DNA from: Dictyostelium discoideum
Lineage: Eukaryota
Direction: 5' to 3'
Assembly (NCBI GenBank): GCA_000004695.1
Contig: CM000151.3
Location: forward strand, 4,064,001 to 4,128,000
Length of the DNA stretch: 64,000 nucleotides
The notes beneath the pieces are model-generated. The model did no database searches and was not told where the DNA came from. It was given only the letters and a program-made list of their open reading frames with translations. Shown here piece after piece: positions 49,292 to 62,090 of this stretch. The position numbers and the translations under genes are program-made. Numbering within the stretch: position 1 is the first letter of the stretch; each line of letters opens with the position of its first letter.

Positions 49292-52200
49292 TAAACCAAT
49301 AATTATTGAAGATATGGATTTTGATATCGACTTTGAATTTGATATTGATACAAATGTTGAAATAACAGGATCATCAAATGTAATAAATTCTACAGCAGCA
49401 AAAACGTCGACAACAACAACAACAACTACTACTACAGCATCTACCACAATACCTTCAGCCACGTCTATACTCAAAAATTCAACTACATCAAATACTTCAA
49501 CAACAACAACAGCAACAACAAAACCACCAATAATAAATTTAGATACAATTTCACCACCATTACAACAACAACAAAAATTAAATGTTACTTTACCAATACT
49601 TAAAACACCGCAAATTAATAAACCATTACAACCATCATTACCAACAAAACCACCAATAAAGAATAATACAACATTACCAACAACAAATAAATCACCAACA
49701 ACAACAACAACAACAACTAAATTTATTGATAAATTTAAAGGAATGAAAAGGTATACAAAAGATTTACCAGAAGGATTTGAAATTTCAAGTGAAAATCAAG
49801 AACCTTATAGAAATGAGAAAATGATTGGAGAATTTTTATATCCAGAGGATAATATAAGAGAATATCAATTTAAATTCATTCAATCAGCATTTTTAGAGAA
49901 TACAATGATTTGTTTACCAACTGGTTTAGGTAAAACCTTTATAGCTAGTATTTTAATGTTAAATTATTATCATTGGTTTCCGAAATCGAAATTGGTATTC
50001 TTGGTTCACACGAAATCATTGGTTTCACAACAGATCGAAGCATTTCATAGGGACACTGGTATACCGAAATCAGATTCAATTCAATTCACTGGTGACACCA
50101 CATCGAAATTGAAAAGACAGTCATTGTGGAATAGCAAAAGAGTGTTCTTTTCAACACCTCAGATTTTGGCAAACGATATCGGTAGTGGTAATTGCGACCC
50201 TCGCTCGATATGTTGCATAGTTATCGATGAGGCACATCGTGCGCAGGGCAATTACGACTATTGCGTGGCGATCAAGTTGATTCTAAAGGTGAATAGGTTC
50301 TTCAGGGTCTTGGCGCTCACAGCCACACCAGGTTCGAACAATGCGGCCATACAAAAGGTGATCAACAATTTACTGATCTCCAATATGGAATTGAGGTCTG
50401 AGGATTCCGCGGATATCAAACCGTATATTCATTCAAAGAAAACCGATGTGTTGTCAATAGCATTGAGTGACGACTATAAATCGATCATTAAAGATTATGA
50501 ATTTTTCATTGTTGATAAATTAAAAGTTTTGTTTGAGTTTAATATACTAAATCCAACCACCACACCCGATAGGGTTAGTCATTCTTTTATTTTGGAGAAA
50601 ATTAAGTCAATTCAGTTTAGCAATTCTCCAGTTTACGGAAGTGGTGGTAATAAATTTAAATTGTTAAGAGCTTTGGTTACTTTACAAACACTGTATCAGG
50701 GTTATGCTTTATTAAAAGTTCACGGATTGGAAAGTTTTTATGATAAAATTTCAAATTTAGAAGATGCATCATCAAAAACAATTAAAGCTTTCTCAAAGAA
50801 TGAAAATTGGAAACAATTTATAATTAAAATAAAGAAATCAATTGATAATGGTTTAGTACATGATAAATTAATTAAATTAAATGATGTTTTAATTGAACAT
50901 TTTCAATCCAATAATCCAAGATCTTCAAAAGTTATGATATTTGTACAATTTAGAAGATCAGTTCAAGAGATTATTGATTTTATTAGTAATAATAATAATG
51001 GTGGTGGTGGTGGTGGTAAATCTTTAATTAAAGTTATGCCATTCTATGGTCAATCAGCAACTGATAAAGGTGTTAAAGGTATACATAAGAAAGAACAACA
51101 AGCTATTTTAAATAGTTTTGTTAATGGTGATATCAATGTTTTAGTATCAACTTGTATTGGTGAAGAAGGTTTGGATATTGGTGAAGTGGATTTGGTTGTA
51201 TGTTATGATGTTCAACAATCATCATTAAAGAATACACAACGTACTGGTAGAACTGGTAGAAAACGTGATGGTAGATGTATATTTTTAATCACTCAAGGCT
51301 ATGAAGAATATATCTATGAAAAGTCTCAATCAAATTTAGATTCTTTATCAAATTTAAAAGAATCATCATTTGTTTTTCATTATTCTCCAAAAATGATTGA
51401 CTCAATACCATTAGTAAAATATATTAAAATTAATGAAAATAATATTTATTCAAATGATGATAATGATATAGAATTAAATGATGGTGGTGGTGATTATTAT
51501 GAAGATGATGATAGTTTATTTGAAAATAATAAGAAATCTACAACAAGTAGAGGAGTAAAGAATTCAAAAAATTATTTAGCAGATGATCAAATTAGGTATA
51601 TGCAATTAAATCATAATGTTGTAAATCATAAAACCAATTTCAATTATAAAGAGATATTATCAAAGAATAGTCATTTAAATTCTATTTCAACAGATATTGA
51701 AGATATTAAACATTCTGATAAAACAAATATTTTAATTTCAATTTCAAAATCAATTGATGCTATTAAATATTCTTCAGATTATACTGATTTATCAAAAATG
51801 CCTGACATTGTTAAAAAAGTAGTTAGTGAAATGCCATTAGATAATAATGATAACGATAATGATGGTATAGGTTTAGCTTATGATGATTCACCAAGAGATT
51901 ATGGTTATGATAGATATGAACCATTTACAACTTCCACTACTACAACAGCAATAGGGACTTCAATACCAACTACTGCAACTACTTCAACCACTATTAACTC
52001 TACTTCATATTCAACAAGTACAAGTACAAGTACAAATACAAATACAAAAACAACACTACCTTCAACTTCAACTATAAATAAAATATCACCACCACCACAA
52101 CAAAAACAACCAATAATTTCAACATCTAGTATCAATCAATCAATGAAAACTAATCCAATAATTATTTCAAATAATACTGTATTATCAAATTTAAATAATT

Positions 52201-52895
52201 CTTTGGGAAATAATTTTATTCCGTTTGTTAGAAAAGTAAAACAACCTGAACATAAGAAAGTATACGAGATTCCAAATTTACCTCCTGATGAAGAGTTGAT
52301 ATTTGATTTTTCAAAAATTTTATTAAGGGAGAATAATGAAAATGAAAAAATCATTACAACTAATGATTATATCAATACTCAAAATCAACCACAACCACAA
52401 CAACCAACACCAACACCAACACCACCACCTCCATCAACGCCAAATCTAACCCCTATCAAAAAAACCATTTCACCAACACCAACACCAACACCACAAATTT
52501 CAAAACCATTTCCATTATCACCAACACCACCAACACCAACACCCCCTCCCCCAATAGTTTCAAATCCATTGCCATCTTTTCAACAAAAACAACAACAACA
52601 ACAACAACAAATTTACATATCACCAACACCAACACCCCCTCCCCCACAAATTTCAAAACCACTACCATTGTCACCAGTTTCAAAACCACTACCATTATCA
52701 CCAGTTTCAAAACCAATCTCAATTCAATTAACACCTATTCAACCACCTCAAAAAACAACACCTACAACACCCGATTTAACACCAGTTAAAAGAAGAAAAC
52801 CTAAAAATCTTTTTGATAAATTTGATGACAATGATGAAGGAGATGATGCAGTCATTTTCGAAAATAATAATCTTAATAATATTATCAATCTCAAA

Positions 52896-52978
<83 letters not shown>

Positions 52979-53807
52979 AATAGTTTTAGAAAAAGTTGAT
53001 AAAAAATCTATTTTTAATTTAGACGATATTGATAATAATTTATTTACATTTGGTTTAACTCAACAACAAACTCAACAACAATTTCAAAAGAAAAATAGAG
53101 ATAGATATAGATTTGGAGATAGAGACAAAAATATAGATTCGTATGGTAATGATAAATTTTTTGAAGATTCTGAAGCTGAGGAAGATTCAGAAATCGAAAG
53201 AAGAAATAGTCAAGACGATGATGATGATGATGATGAAGAAGAAGATGGAATTGGTGAAAATAAATATGATTTACATGATTCATTCATTAATGATGGTGAT
53301 GAATCAGCCGAAAATTCATTAAGTTCTCAAAGTACTACTCCAACTAAAAAGAAAAAGAAGAATAAAAGAAAAAGAAAATCAAATAATTTTATATATGCAC
53401 AATCATTATTAAGTCAAAATTCACTAGGTTTTAATGGTGGCAGTAAAAGAAAAGGTGGATTATTAAGTGTAATTGAAAAGTTTGAAAAAATTGGCCAACA
53501 TGAAGAAGAATTTATCGATGAAAATGATTATACAGGTAGTGAAGATTATGATGATGAAAATGAAAATGAAAATGATTATGAGTCTGGTAGTGATTCAATC
53601 GAAGAAATTGATAAAAGTATAAATAGTAGTGAAGAAAAAAGACAAAAAAAATATCATCATCATAATAATAACAATAATAATCCAAAACTATCGTCAATCC
53701 ATTCAAAACCAATTATAGATTCACCAAAGTCAAATAATAGCAACAACAATAATAGTAATTCTAAAAATAGAAAAGATTTTTCCAATCATGATTTATTTTC
53801 TCTTTAA
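48420..53807 (+). CDS. fncM: FANCM/Mph1/Hef-family DEAH-box DNA helicase (Fanconi anaemia group M orthologue), 1795 aa, single exon
   Basis: The helicase core is strongly similar to human FANCM: MICLPTGLGKTFIASILMLNYYHWFP (motif I), CIVIDEAHRAQGNYDYC (DEAH), FRVLALTATPGSN, LVSTCIGEEGLDIGEVDLVVCYD, RTGRTGRKRDGRCIFL. The N-terminus is Q/N-rich. The C-terminus has a PT/SKPLPLSPV proline-rich peptide repeat (about 52380..52760). The symbol is inferred from the Dictyostelium Fanconi-gene naming scheme and is not verified. Confidence 0.8.
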
Positions 53808-53917
53808 AATCTATAAATAAAAATAAAAAAAATAAAAAATAAAAAAAAAATAAAAAAAATGAAAAATAATAAATAATATTGATTGTTTAATTATTATTGG
53901 AGGAAGTTATGATTTGA

Positions 53918-53948
<31 letters not shown>

Positions 53949-54686
53949 TAACACACAACAATCAAAGGTAATTCGTAGAATGGGTTTTTTTTTTATTTTT
54001 TTTTTTTAAAATCTCTAATTATATAGATTTTTTTTTTTTTTTTATTATATGGTTTATTGGAAAAATCAGTACAATGACGTTTTTTTTTTTTTTATTAAAA
54101 ATTAAATTCCCAAAGAATAAGTAATAATATTAAATTTTATATATTAAATTTCTGAGAGAATGAAAAAAAAAAAAAAATTAAAATTAAAATCAAAAGTTGT
54201 TGTTTTTTTTGTGGTTTTTGTTATTATCATAAAAATAATTTTAAGTTGTTGTTAAAAATAACCACAAATTTTCTTGATTTTGATTTTATTTTTTTTCTTT
54301 TCCTTTTATTTTTTTTATTTTTTTTTATTATTTTTTTATTTTTTTTTAATTTTTTTTTTTTAAAACTTTTAGATATTAAATGATTGTTTATGATATTTAT
54401 CATACAAAATTAAAATTCTTTATATTTTACTCGGGTTAATAAGAATTTCTATCACCCAAATTGGGCTTATAGAAATTTTGTAGTTTCGAATTTTTTTTTT
54501 TGATCTCTTTTTATTGAGATGAAATTTTTTTTGTAATTTAATCATCAATCTAAATCAGGATTGTGGTAAAAAAAAAATTAAAAAAAATTAAAAAAATTAT
54601 TAAAAAAAAAAAAGAGTGCTGGTTGATGAAAAAAAAAAAAAATTTCAAAAAAAAATAATTTGCCATTGTTTAATATTATTTTCTAT

Positions 54687-54721
<35 letters not shown>

Positions 54722-54776
54722 AGAGTATATTTCATTTAATAAACAATATTAAATTTTTTTTTTTTTTTTTTTATTT

Positions 54777-54810
<34 letters not shown>

Positions 54811-55239
54811 CATTACCATTAATGTAGTCGCATCAATAAACTTTCAATAGTTAACAATCAATTTACAAAATCTAGATATTTTCTCTTTTCTTTTTTTTTT
54901 TTCTTTTCTATTCTTTTTCAAACAAAAAAAAAAAAAAAAAAAAACAATTATACATTTTTATATAAATATATATTCTTATAAATCCAAATTTTGGTTGTTT
55001 TGATTTTTTAATAATATTTTATTTCTATTTTAATTTTTTTTTATTTCAAATAAAAAAATATTTAAATAAATAATATTCAAATAAAATTAAATTTGTAGGT
55101 ACAAGTATAAAAGACAACACAAAAATTATAAACACACACACATTGCAATTTATTCATACTCACACATAGATATATTTATCTTCAGTGACAAAAATAAAAA
55201 ATTTATAAATAAAAAATATTAAATCAAAAAAAAAAAACT

Positions 55240-55270
<31 letters not shown>

Positions 55271-55485
55271 AAATATTTAATGATTGATTAAATTTTAAAA
55301 AAAATAAAAATATCAAACAATAATATCAACTAGAACTGGTTAAATTTTTATAAATTTATAAAGGTAATTGTTTTTAAATGATGTATAATTATTTTATTAA
55401 AAATTTATTTTCTTTCCTTTTTAAATTTATTTTTTGGGCAAAAAAAAAAAAAAAAAAACCAACCATCAGATGTTAGTTACAATGG

Positions 55486-55522
<37 letters not shown>

Positions 55523-55787
55523 TAAAAAAATTACAAAAATCTTCCAAAAACAAAAATGGTTTTCTTTTTTTTTTTTTTTTTTTTTTAAATCACAATTTTT
55601 CCAAATTTCAATGATGGTCAGTAAAATATTGGTACTTTTAAGTCCTTGTTTTATATTAAAAAAAAGATTTCATATTATTTTGTATAAAACACTTTTTATA
55701 GTGGTGTTTTTAAAACTATTATTAAATTTAATGTCCCCCTCTTTTCTTTTCAATTTTTTGTAAATGTCACTTGCCTCAAATATTACC

Positions 55788-55820
<33 letters not shown>

Positions 55821-56596
55821 GAAAAAAAAAAAAAAAGAAAATGTAAAAAAAAAATCATAAAAAAAAATCAAGCACTCCACAAGATAAAATTTCAATGTTC
55901 ACAAACATTTGTCCAATAGAATCATTTTTGTTATTTTTAACTTTTTCCATACACTCCTCACTTTGAATTTATTTCAATTTTTTTTTTTCTTTTTATTTTT
56001 TTTCTTTAAAATTATTTTTTGAGTGTTGGAATCAAAAAATTTATCCAAGCTTTTAAAAATCATATGGAAATCCACAAATATTTCAAACACATGCAAACAC
56101 CCCCACACAATTGACCCCACTCATTTAAATTTTAATTTTAATTTCTTTTCTTTTTTTTTTTTTTTTTTTTTTTAATTTTTTTAAAAATATTGAGTTGTTT
56201 TTTCATTATTATTTTTATTATTATTATTATAATTATTTTTTTATTTTTTTTTTTATTTTTTTTATTAAATCAACACTAAAACTTCAAAAAAAAAAAAAAA
56301 AAAAAAAAAAAACAACTACCATCTTTTTAATGATTAATATTATTTTATATTTTTGATTAAATCAACTTCAAAAAAAAAAAAAAAAAAAAAAAAAACATTT
56401 TATATTTTCATTTAATAATTTTTGTTTTTTTTTTTTTTTTTGTCAACCAACAATAAATCTATCAATCCAATTATTAAATCAATCAAAAAAAAAAAAAAAA
56501 AAAAAAATTCCAACAATTGTATTTTTAATTTAAACCAATCAAAAAAAAAAATAAAAAAAAAAAAAACCAAAATAAAAACTAAAAATAAAATAAAAA

Positions 56597-57843
56597 ATGT
56601 TTTCTGATCAAAATAATAATAGTAATAGTAATAATAATAATAATAATAACAATAATAATAATAATAACAATAATAACAATAATAATTCTAGTCCAGTTTT
56701 TCTTTCAGAATTTAAATTATCTAAATTATCACATTTCCTTACTAACACTGAAAATATTAATATTAATAGTTCACCAATAATGCAAGGTAAAGGATTATCA
56801 GATACTAACCAAACAAAGGTTGAATTGAGAAATAAATTGATAAATAAAAATTCAAATTCAAATTCACCAATAATAAATGGTACTCCAACTCCAAACTCCC
56901 CATCACCATTATTCAACTCATCGTTACTACCACCATCATCTCCTTCCATAAATAATAATAATAATAATAATAATAACACTAATAATAGTAATAATAATAA
57001 TGTACAAAAAACTCCAATGAATACAAATTTAAATTTAAATAATATTAATTTATATAATACTATAAATAGTTCACAATCAGTACCATCATCACCACAAGGT
57101 TTGAATCAATCAAATTCATCACCATTATTAAATCAATCATCACCAAGTTGTTTTATGAAACAACCTCAATTCAATAACCAAATCCAACAACCACCAGTAC
57201 CACCACAACAGTTACAACCACAACAACCACAACAACCACTACAACCACAACAACCTCAACAATTTCCACAACTACAACAACCACAATTACCAATTCAACA
57301 ACAACAACAACAACAACAACTACAACAACAAAATCAACAATTCTTTAATGGATACCCACAACAAACTAATAGTGGACCACCATCATTTTCTGAATATTGT
57401 GATCCATCTATTTCAATAGCATCACAAAGAAGATCTTCTTACCCTGGTGTAACAACAATGTCACCAAATTTAATGGGTTTACCAATTAACAATCAAGTTC
57501 CAATTCAATTCCCACCTTCACAACAAGGTAAAGTTTATCTTTATATTTATATTTATATTTTAATATTTAAATAATTAATCTTTTTTTTTTTTCTCCAGAA
57601 TTAGGATTTTCACCACCATATTATCCAGTGTATTATACTCCACCACAACAATACTATTTTCAACAATCAATGTATCAATATCCACAACCAATGCCACCAA
57701 ATCAACAAATGTATACTAATGGACAACCAATTCAAACCCAACCAACATTTCATATTGGAACACCTCCACAACCACAACAAGCAATGTATACTAATGGAGC
57801 CTATATGAATGGTGCACCAATTCAAAACAATAATATACAATAT

Positions 57844-57874
<31 letters not shown>

Positions 57875-58758
57875 TACAAATGCAACAACAACAATTACAA
57901 ATGCAGCAACAACAAACAATTCAACAACAAATGCAACAACAACAACAACAACAACCAATTCAACAACAATCTCCACCCCAACAACAAGCAAATATACTGT
58001 CATCAACATCAACTTCATCATCATCAATACCAATAAATACAAACCCATTAATTAATGATTCAGCTGTTGATGATGACGATGGTTTAACAGAAACAAGTAA
58101 ATTAAAACCATCAAATTTAGCAGCTACTAAAATTAAAGTTGGAGAATGGGAATGTTCTGCATCATTCCCAGGTGATATCATTGCAAAATTTTATTTTACA
58201 AAAAAACAAATCGTTTGGGAACTTTTAAAACTTGGTTTAAAAAGCAAAATGGTCATTTCATTTAGTGAAATTACTGCAGTAAAGTAAGTTTTATTTTGTG
58301 ATAGTTATTAATTTCCTTTTTTTATTATTATTAATTATTTTTATTAATTATTAGAGTTGAAGATACATCAGATGATTCAGCAACATTATCAATTGAAATT
58401 AGTAAAGCACCAAAATTTTATAAAGAAGTTAATCCACAACCAAAAAAAAATACAACATGGAATTTATCAAATGATTTCACAGATAATCAAAGTGCATCAA
58501 CCTATAGAAGACATATCCTAACTTTTAAAAAATCATCATTAGCTAAGAATATCGTTAAACTACATAAAAGTGACCAAAAATTGAAAAAATTAATTGAAAA
58601 TCAACATTTTACAACAAATGATATTTATTTACCTGGTGAATCTCCAACTGATGATTATTCATATAGTAATAATAATAATAATAACAATAATAATAATAAT
58701 ATGAATAATAATAATAACAATAATGGTAATAATAATATTAATAATAATAATAATAATA

Positions 58759-58806
<48 letters not shown>

Positions 58807-59055
58807 GTATTAATAATAATGGTAATAATAATGGTAATAATAATAGTGGTAATAATAATAATAATAATAGCAATAATAATAATAATAATAATAATATGAA
58901 TAATAATAATAATAATATTAATAATATTAATAATATGAATAATAATGATAATAGTTGTAATAAAATAAATCTTTCATCTTCAATACCAACATCATCATCA
59001 AATTATAACTCATCATCCCCAATAAATGATTGTAATGAAAAGAAGAAATGTCCAG

Positions 59056-59100
<45 letters not shown>

Positions 59101-60065
59101 TTAACAATAGTAATAATAAATGTAATAATAATGTTTTTAATAGTAGTAATGGATCAGATCATTTCCAACATAATAATAACAATAACAATAATAACGATCA
59201 TTTAGTCGATTATCAAAATAATAATAATAACAATAATATTAATAATAATAATAATAATAATAATAGCAATAATAATAGTTTAACATCGTCAACAATTATG
59301 AATAATAGCACCAATTCAATATCACCATCATCAAATATGAATGGTAGTGGATTCGTTGATATACCCAATGGTAATAATAGTACAAATAATAGTTATGCAT
59401 CATATCAGTCAACTCCAATTATTACTAGTGGTGCTAATATTTCTTCTGATAATTTCTATTATGTACCACCAGTTACAAATAGTAATAATAATAATAATGA
59501 AAATATAAATAATAGCGGTGATAATTTAAACAAAAATACAAATACTACTAATAATAACAACAATAACAATAATAATAATAATCCATTATCATTTATATCT
59601 CCCCAACACAATCCATTGTATTTTGAAAATAATAATATCAATAATAGTAATAATAATAATAGTAATAACAATAATAATGTTTTAGGCGGCAATTTTAAAC
59701 AAAATTTATATTCACCAGATTATAGTAATAATAGCCCACAACTTTCAAAAGGATTCCAAAATATGGGTTTAAATTCACCTTCTATAAATTTTAATAATAA
59801 TAATATTGGTGATGGTATAATACAACAACAAACTTCACCAATATATTATGATAATAATATTGGTGTGGTTGTTGATAATAATAATAATATTAATAATGCC
59901 TTTCATAAACAAAATGCAAGATATTACTATAATGATACTAATAATATTAATATTGCAAATAATAATGGTTTGGAAAATAATAACAATAATAATACTGTTA
60001 CTTCTGAAGGCAATGATGAAATTGATGAAAAATCAAGATCAAAAAAATTAAAAAAAAATGTATAA
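56597..60065 (+). CDS. Q/N-rich nuclear-type protein (~1100 aa) with one conserved globular domain of unknown family; 3 exons join(56597..57527, 57599..58283, 58355..60065)
   Basis: Donor CAACAAG|GTAAAG with acceptor ttctccag| joins ORF 56597 in frame to ORF 57628 (ELGFSPPYYPVYYTPPQQ...). Donor GTAAA|GTAAGT with acceptor attattag| joins in frame to ORF 58581. The structured segment spans the second intron (...KVGEWECSASFPGDIIAKFYFTKKQIVWELLKLGLKSKMVISFSEITAVK|VEDTSDDSATLSIEISKAPKFYKEVNPQP...TYRRHILTFKKSSLAKNIVKLHKSD). The rest is poly-N/poly-Q, suggesting a transcription regulator. Confidence 0.6.
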
Positions 60066-60278
60066 TAGTAGTGCTTTTAATAGTATAATAAAAAAATAAA
60101 AATATTCTCCCTCTCCTCCTCTTTCAAAAAAAAAAAAAAAAAAAATATATAAATATATAAAAAAATAATCAAATACAAATAATAATATAAATAATATAAT
60201 ATTAATAATTTAAATATAAAAAAAGATAAAAAAAAAATAATCTTTTTTTTTTTTTTTTGTGTTTTTCTTGGATACAAC

Positions 60279-60320
<42 letters not shown>

Positions 60321-60396
60321 AAATAAAAAGTTATAATATAAAAAAAAAAAAAAAAAATCTTGTTTTCTAAATATACATTTTTCTTTTTTTTTATTG

Positions 60397-60526
<130 letters not shown>

Positions 60527-61207
60527 TTAAAAAGTCTTGTTTTTGTTCTCTTCAAAAAGTGGACGTAATTCACTTGACTCTTTTTCCATTTCTTCGTATG
60601 ATCTTGGTTCTCTCTCTTTTTCAATCTTTTTTATTTTTTTTTTTTTTTTTTATTTTTTTTATTTTTTTTTTTAGGTTAATATCAATATGAAGGTATATAT
60701 AAAAAAAAAAATAAAAAAAAATGAAAAATTTATAAATTACCTCGTTATAAATTTGATCGTTATTTTCAAAATCGAATTTCTTTCTTGGAATAATATGAAT
60801 ATGTACATGTTCGACAGTTTGACCTGCATTCTTTCCATCCTAATTAATTATTGTGAAATTATTAATACTTTTTTTTAAAAAATTATGTAAAAAAGATTGG
60901 GTATAAATATAAATATAAATATAAATATAAATAAAAATATAAATAAAATAAATACCTGAATTGCAAATGTTATTCCATCACCATTGAAATGTTCTTCTAC
61001 AACAGATGAAATTCTTTGAGCGGATAACCAAAGATCAGTGAATTCTTCTTTTGTTAAATCTTTAACTCTTGGTACAATTCTTTTTGGACATACTAATACG
61101 TGACCTGGAAGTACAGGTTTCAAATTAACCAATGCAAAAGATAATTCTGTAGTAAAAAATATTTCTGATTGTCTGATTAACCAAGGTCCAAAATATGTTG
61201 TTGTCAT
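60527..61207 (-). CDS. fhit: Fragile histidine triad protein (FHIT, bis(5'-adenosyl)-triphosphatase, HIT family), 149 aa; 3 exons complement(join(60527..60625, 60741..60839, 60956..61207))
   Basis: Exon 1 [84 protein letters not shown] ends at |GTATTT. Exon 2 [33 protein letters not shown] carries the HIT motif HVHIH; donor |GTAATT, acceptor aattag|. Exon 3 [32 protein letters not shown]. It is collinear with human FHIT, and all phases are 0. Confidence 0.85.
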
Positions 61208-61306
61208 AATTAACTATTACTATTTTTATATCTTTAATTAAACAAAAAAAAAAAAAAAAAAAATAAAAAAAAAAATAAAAAAAAAAAAATAAAAAAAAAT
61301 GATCAC

Positions 61307-61379
<73 letters not shown>

Positions 61380-62090
61380 CTCTGAAAATTTAATTTTATT
61401 TTTTTATTTTTAAATTTTTTATTTTTAAAAAATCACCAATTTTGGAAAATATAATTTTATGTAAATTTTGGAAATCCTAATTTAAAAAAAATTATTTTTC
61501 TTATAAGACTCTTTAGAAATAATTAATTATAATAATTATTGTAATGAACGACTACTGCTTTCGTTACATCCTCCAATTTTAAAATCTTATCAATCATAAT
61601 ATTTTCAAAGAATCTCTTGAATTTTTTTTTTTTTTTTGTTTAATTAATGATATACATATATTTTTTATTTTAATATTCTTTTAAAAAAAAATATAATAAT
61701 AAAAATAAAATTGAAAAAAGAATAGGGAATATTCTTATTTTTTTATTTTTAAAAATTATGAATAAATTCTTATTTTTCATTTTTCTGTGAATAAAAAAAA
61801 AAATCAATTTTTTTTTTATTTTAATTTTTTTTTTGAGAAAAATCTAGAAAAAGATTTTTTTTGTCATCAATTTTTTGAAATAAGTTGGTTTTTAAAAAAA
61901 AAAAAAAAAAATTCATTAAGCTTATCTATCATGCACGCAGTCAAAACATAATGGAATTATAAAAAAAAAAAAAAAAATAAAGTATAACAAATAAAAAACA
62001 TAAAAAAAAAAAAATATATAAAATCAAAAAAATAAATTAATAAATAAATATAAAAATAAATAAATAAATATAAAAATATTAAGAAATAAA

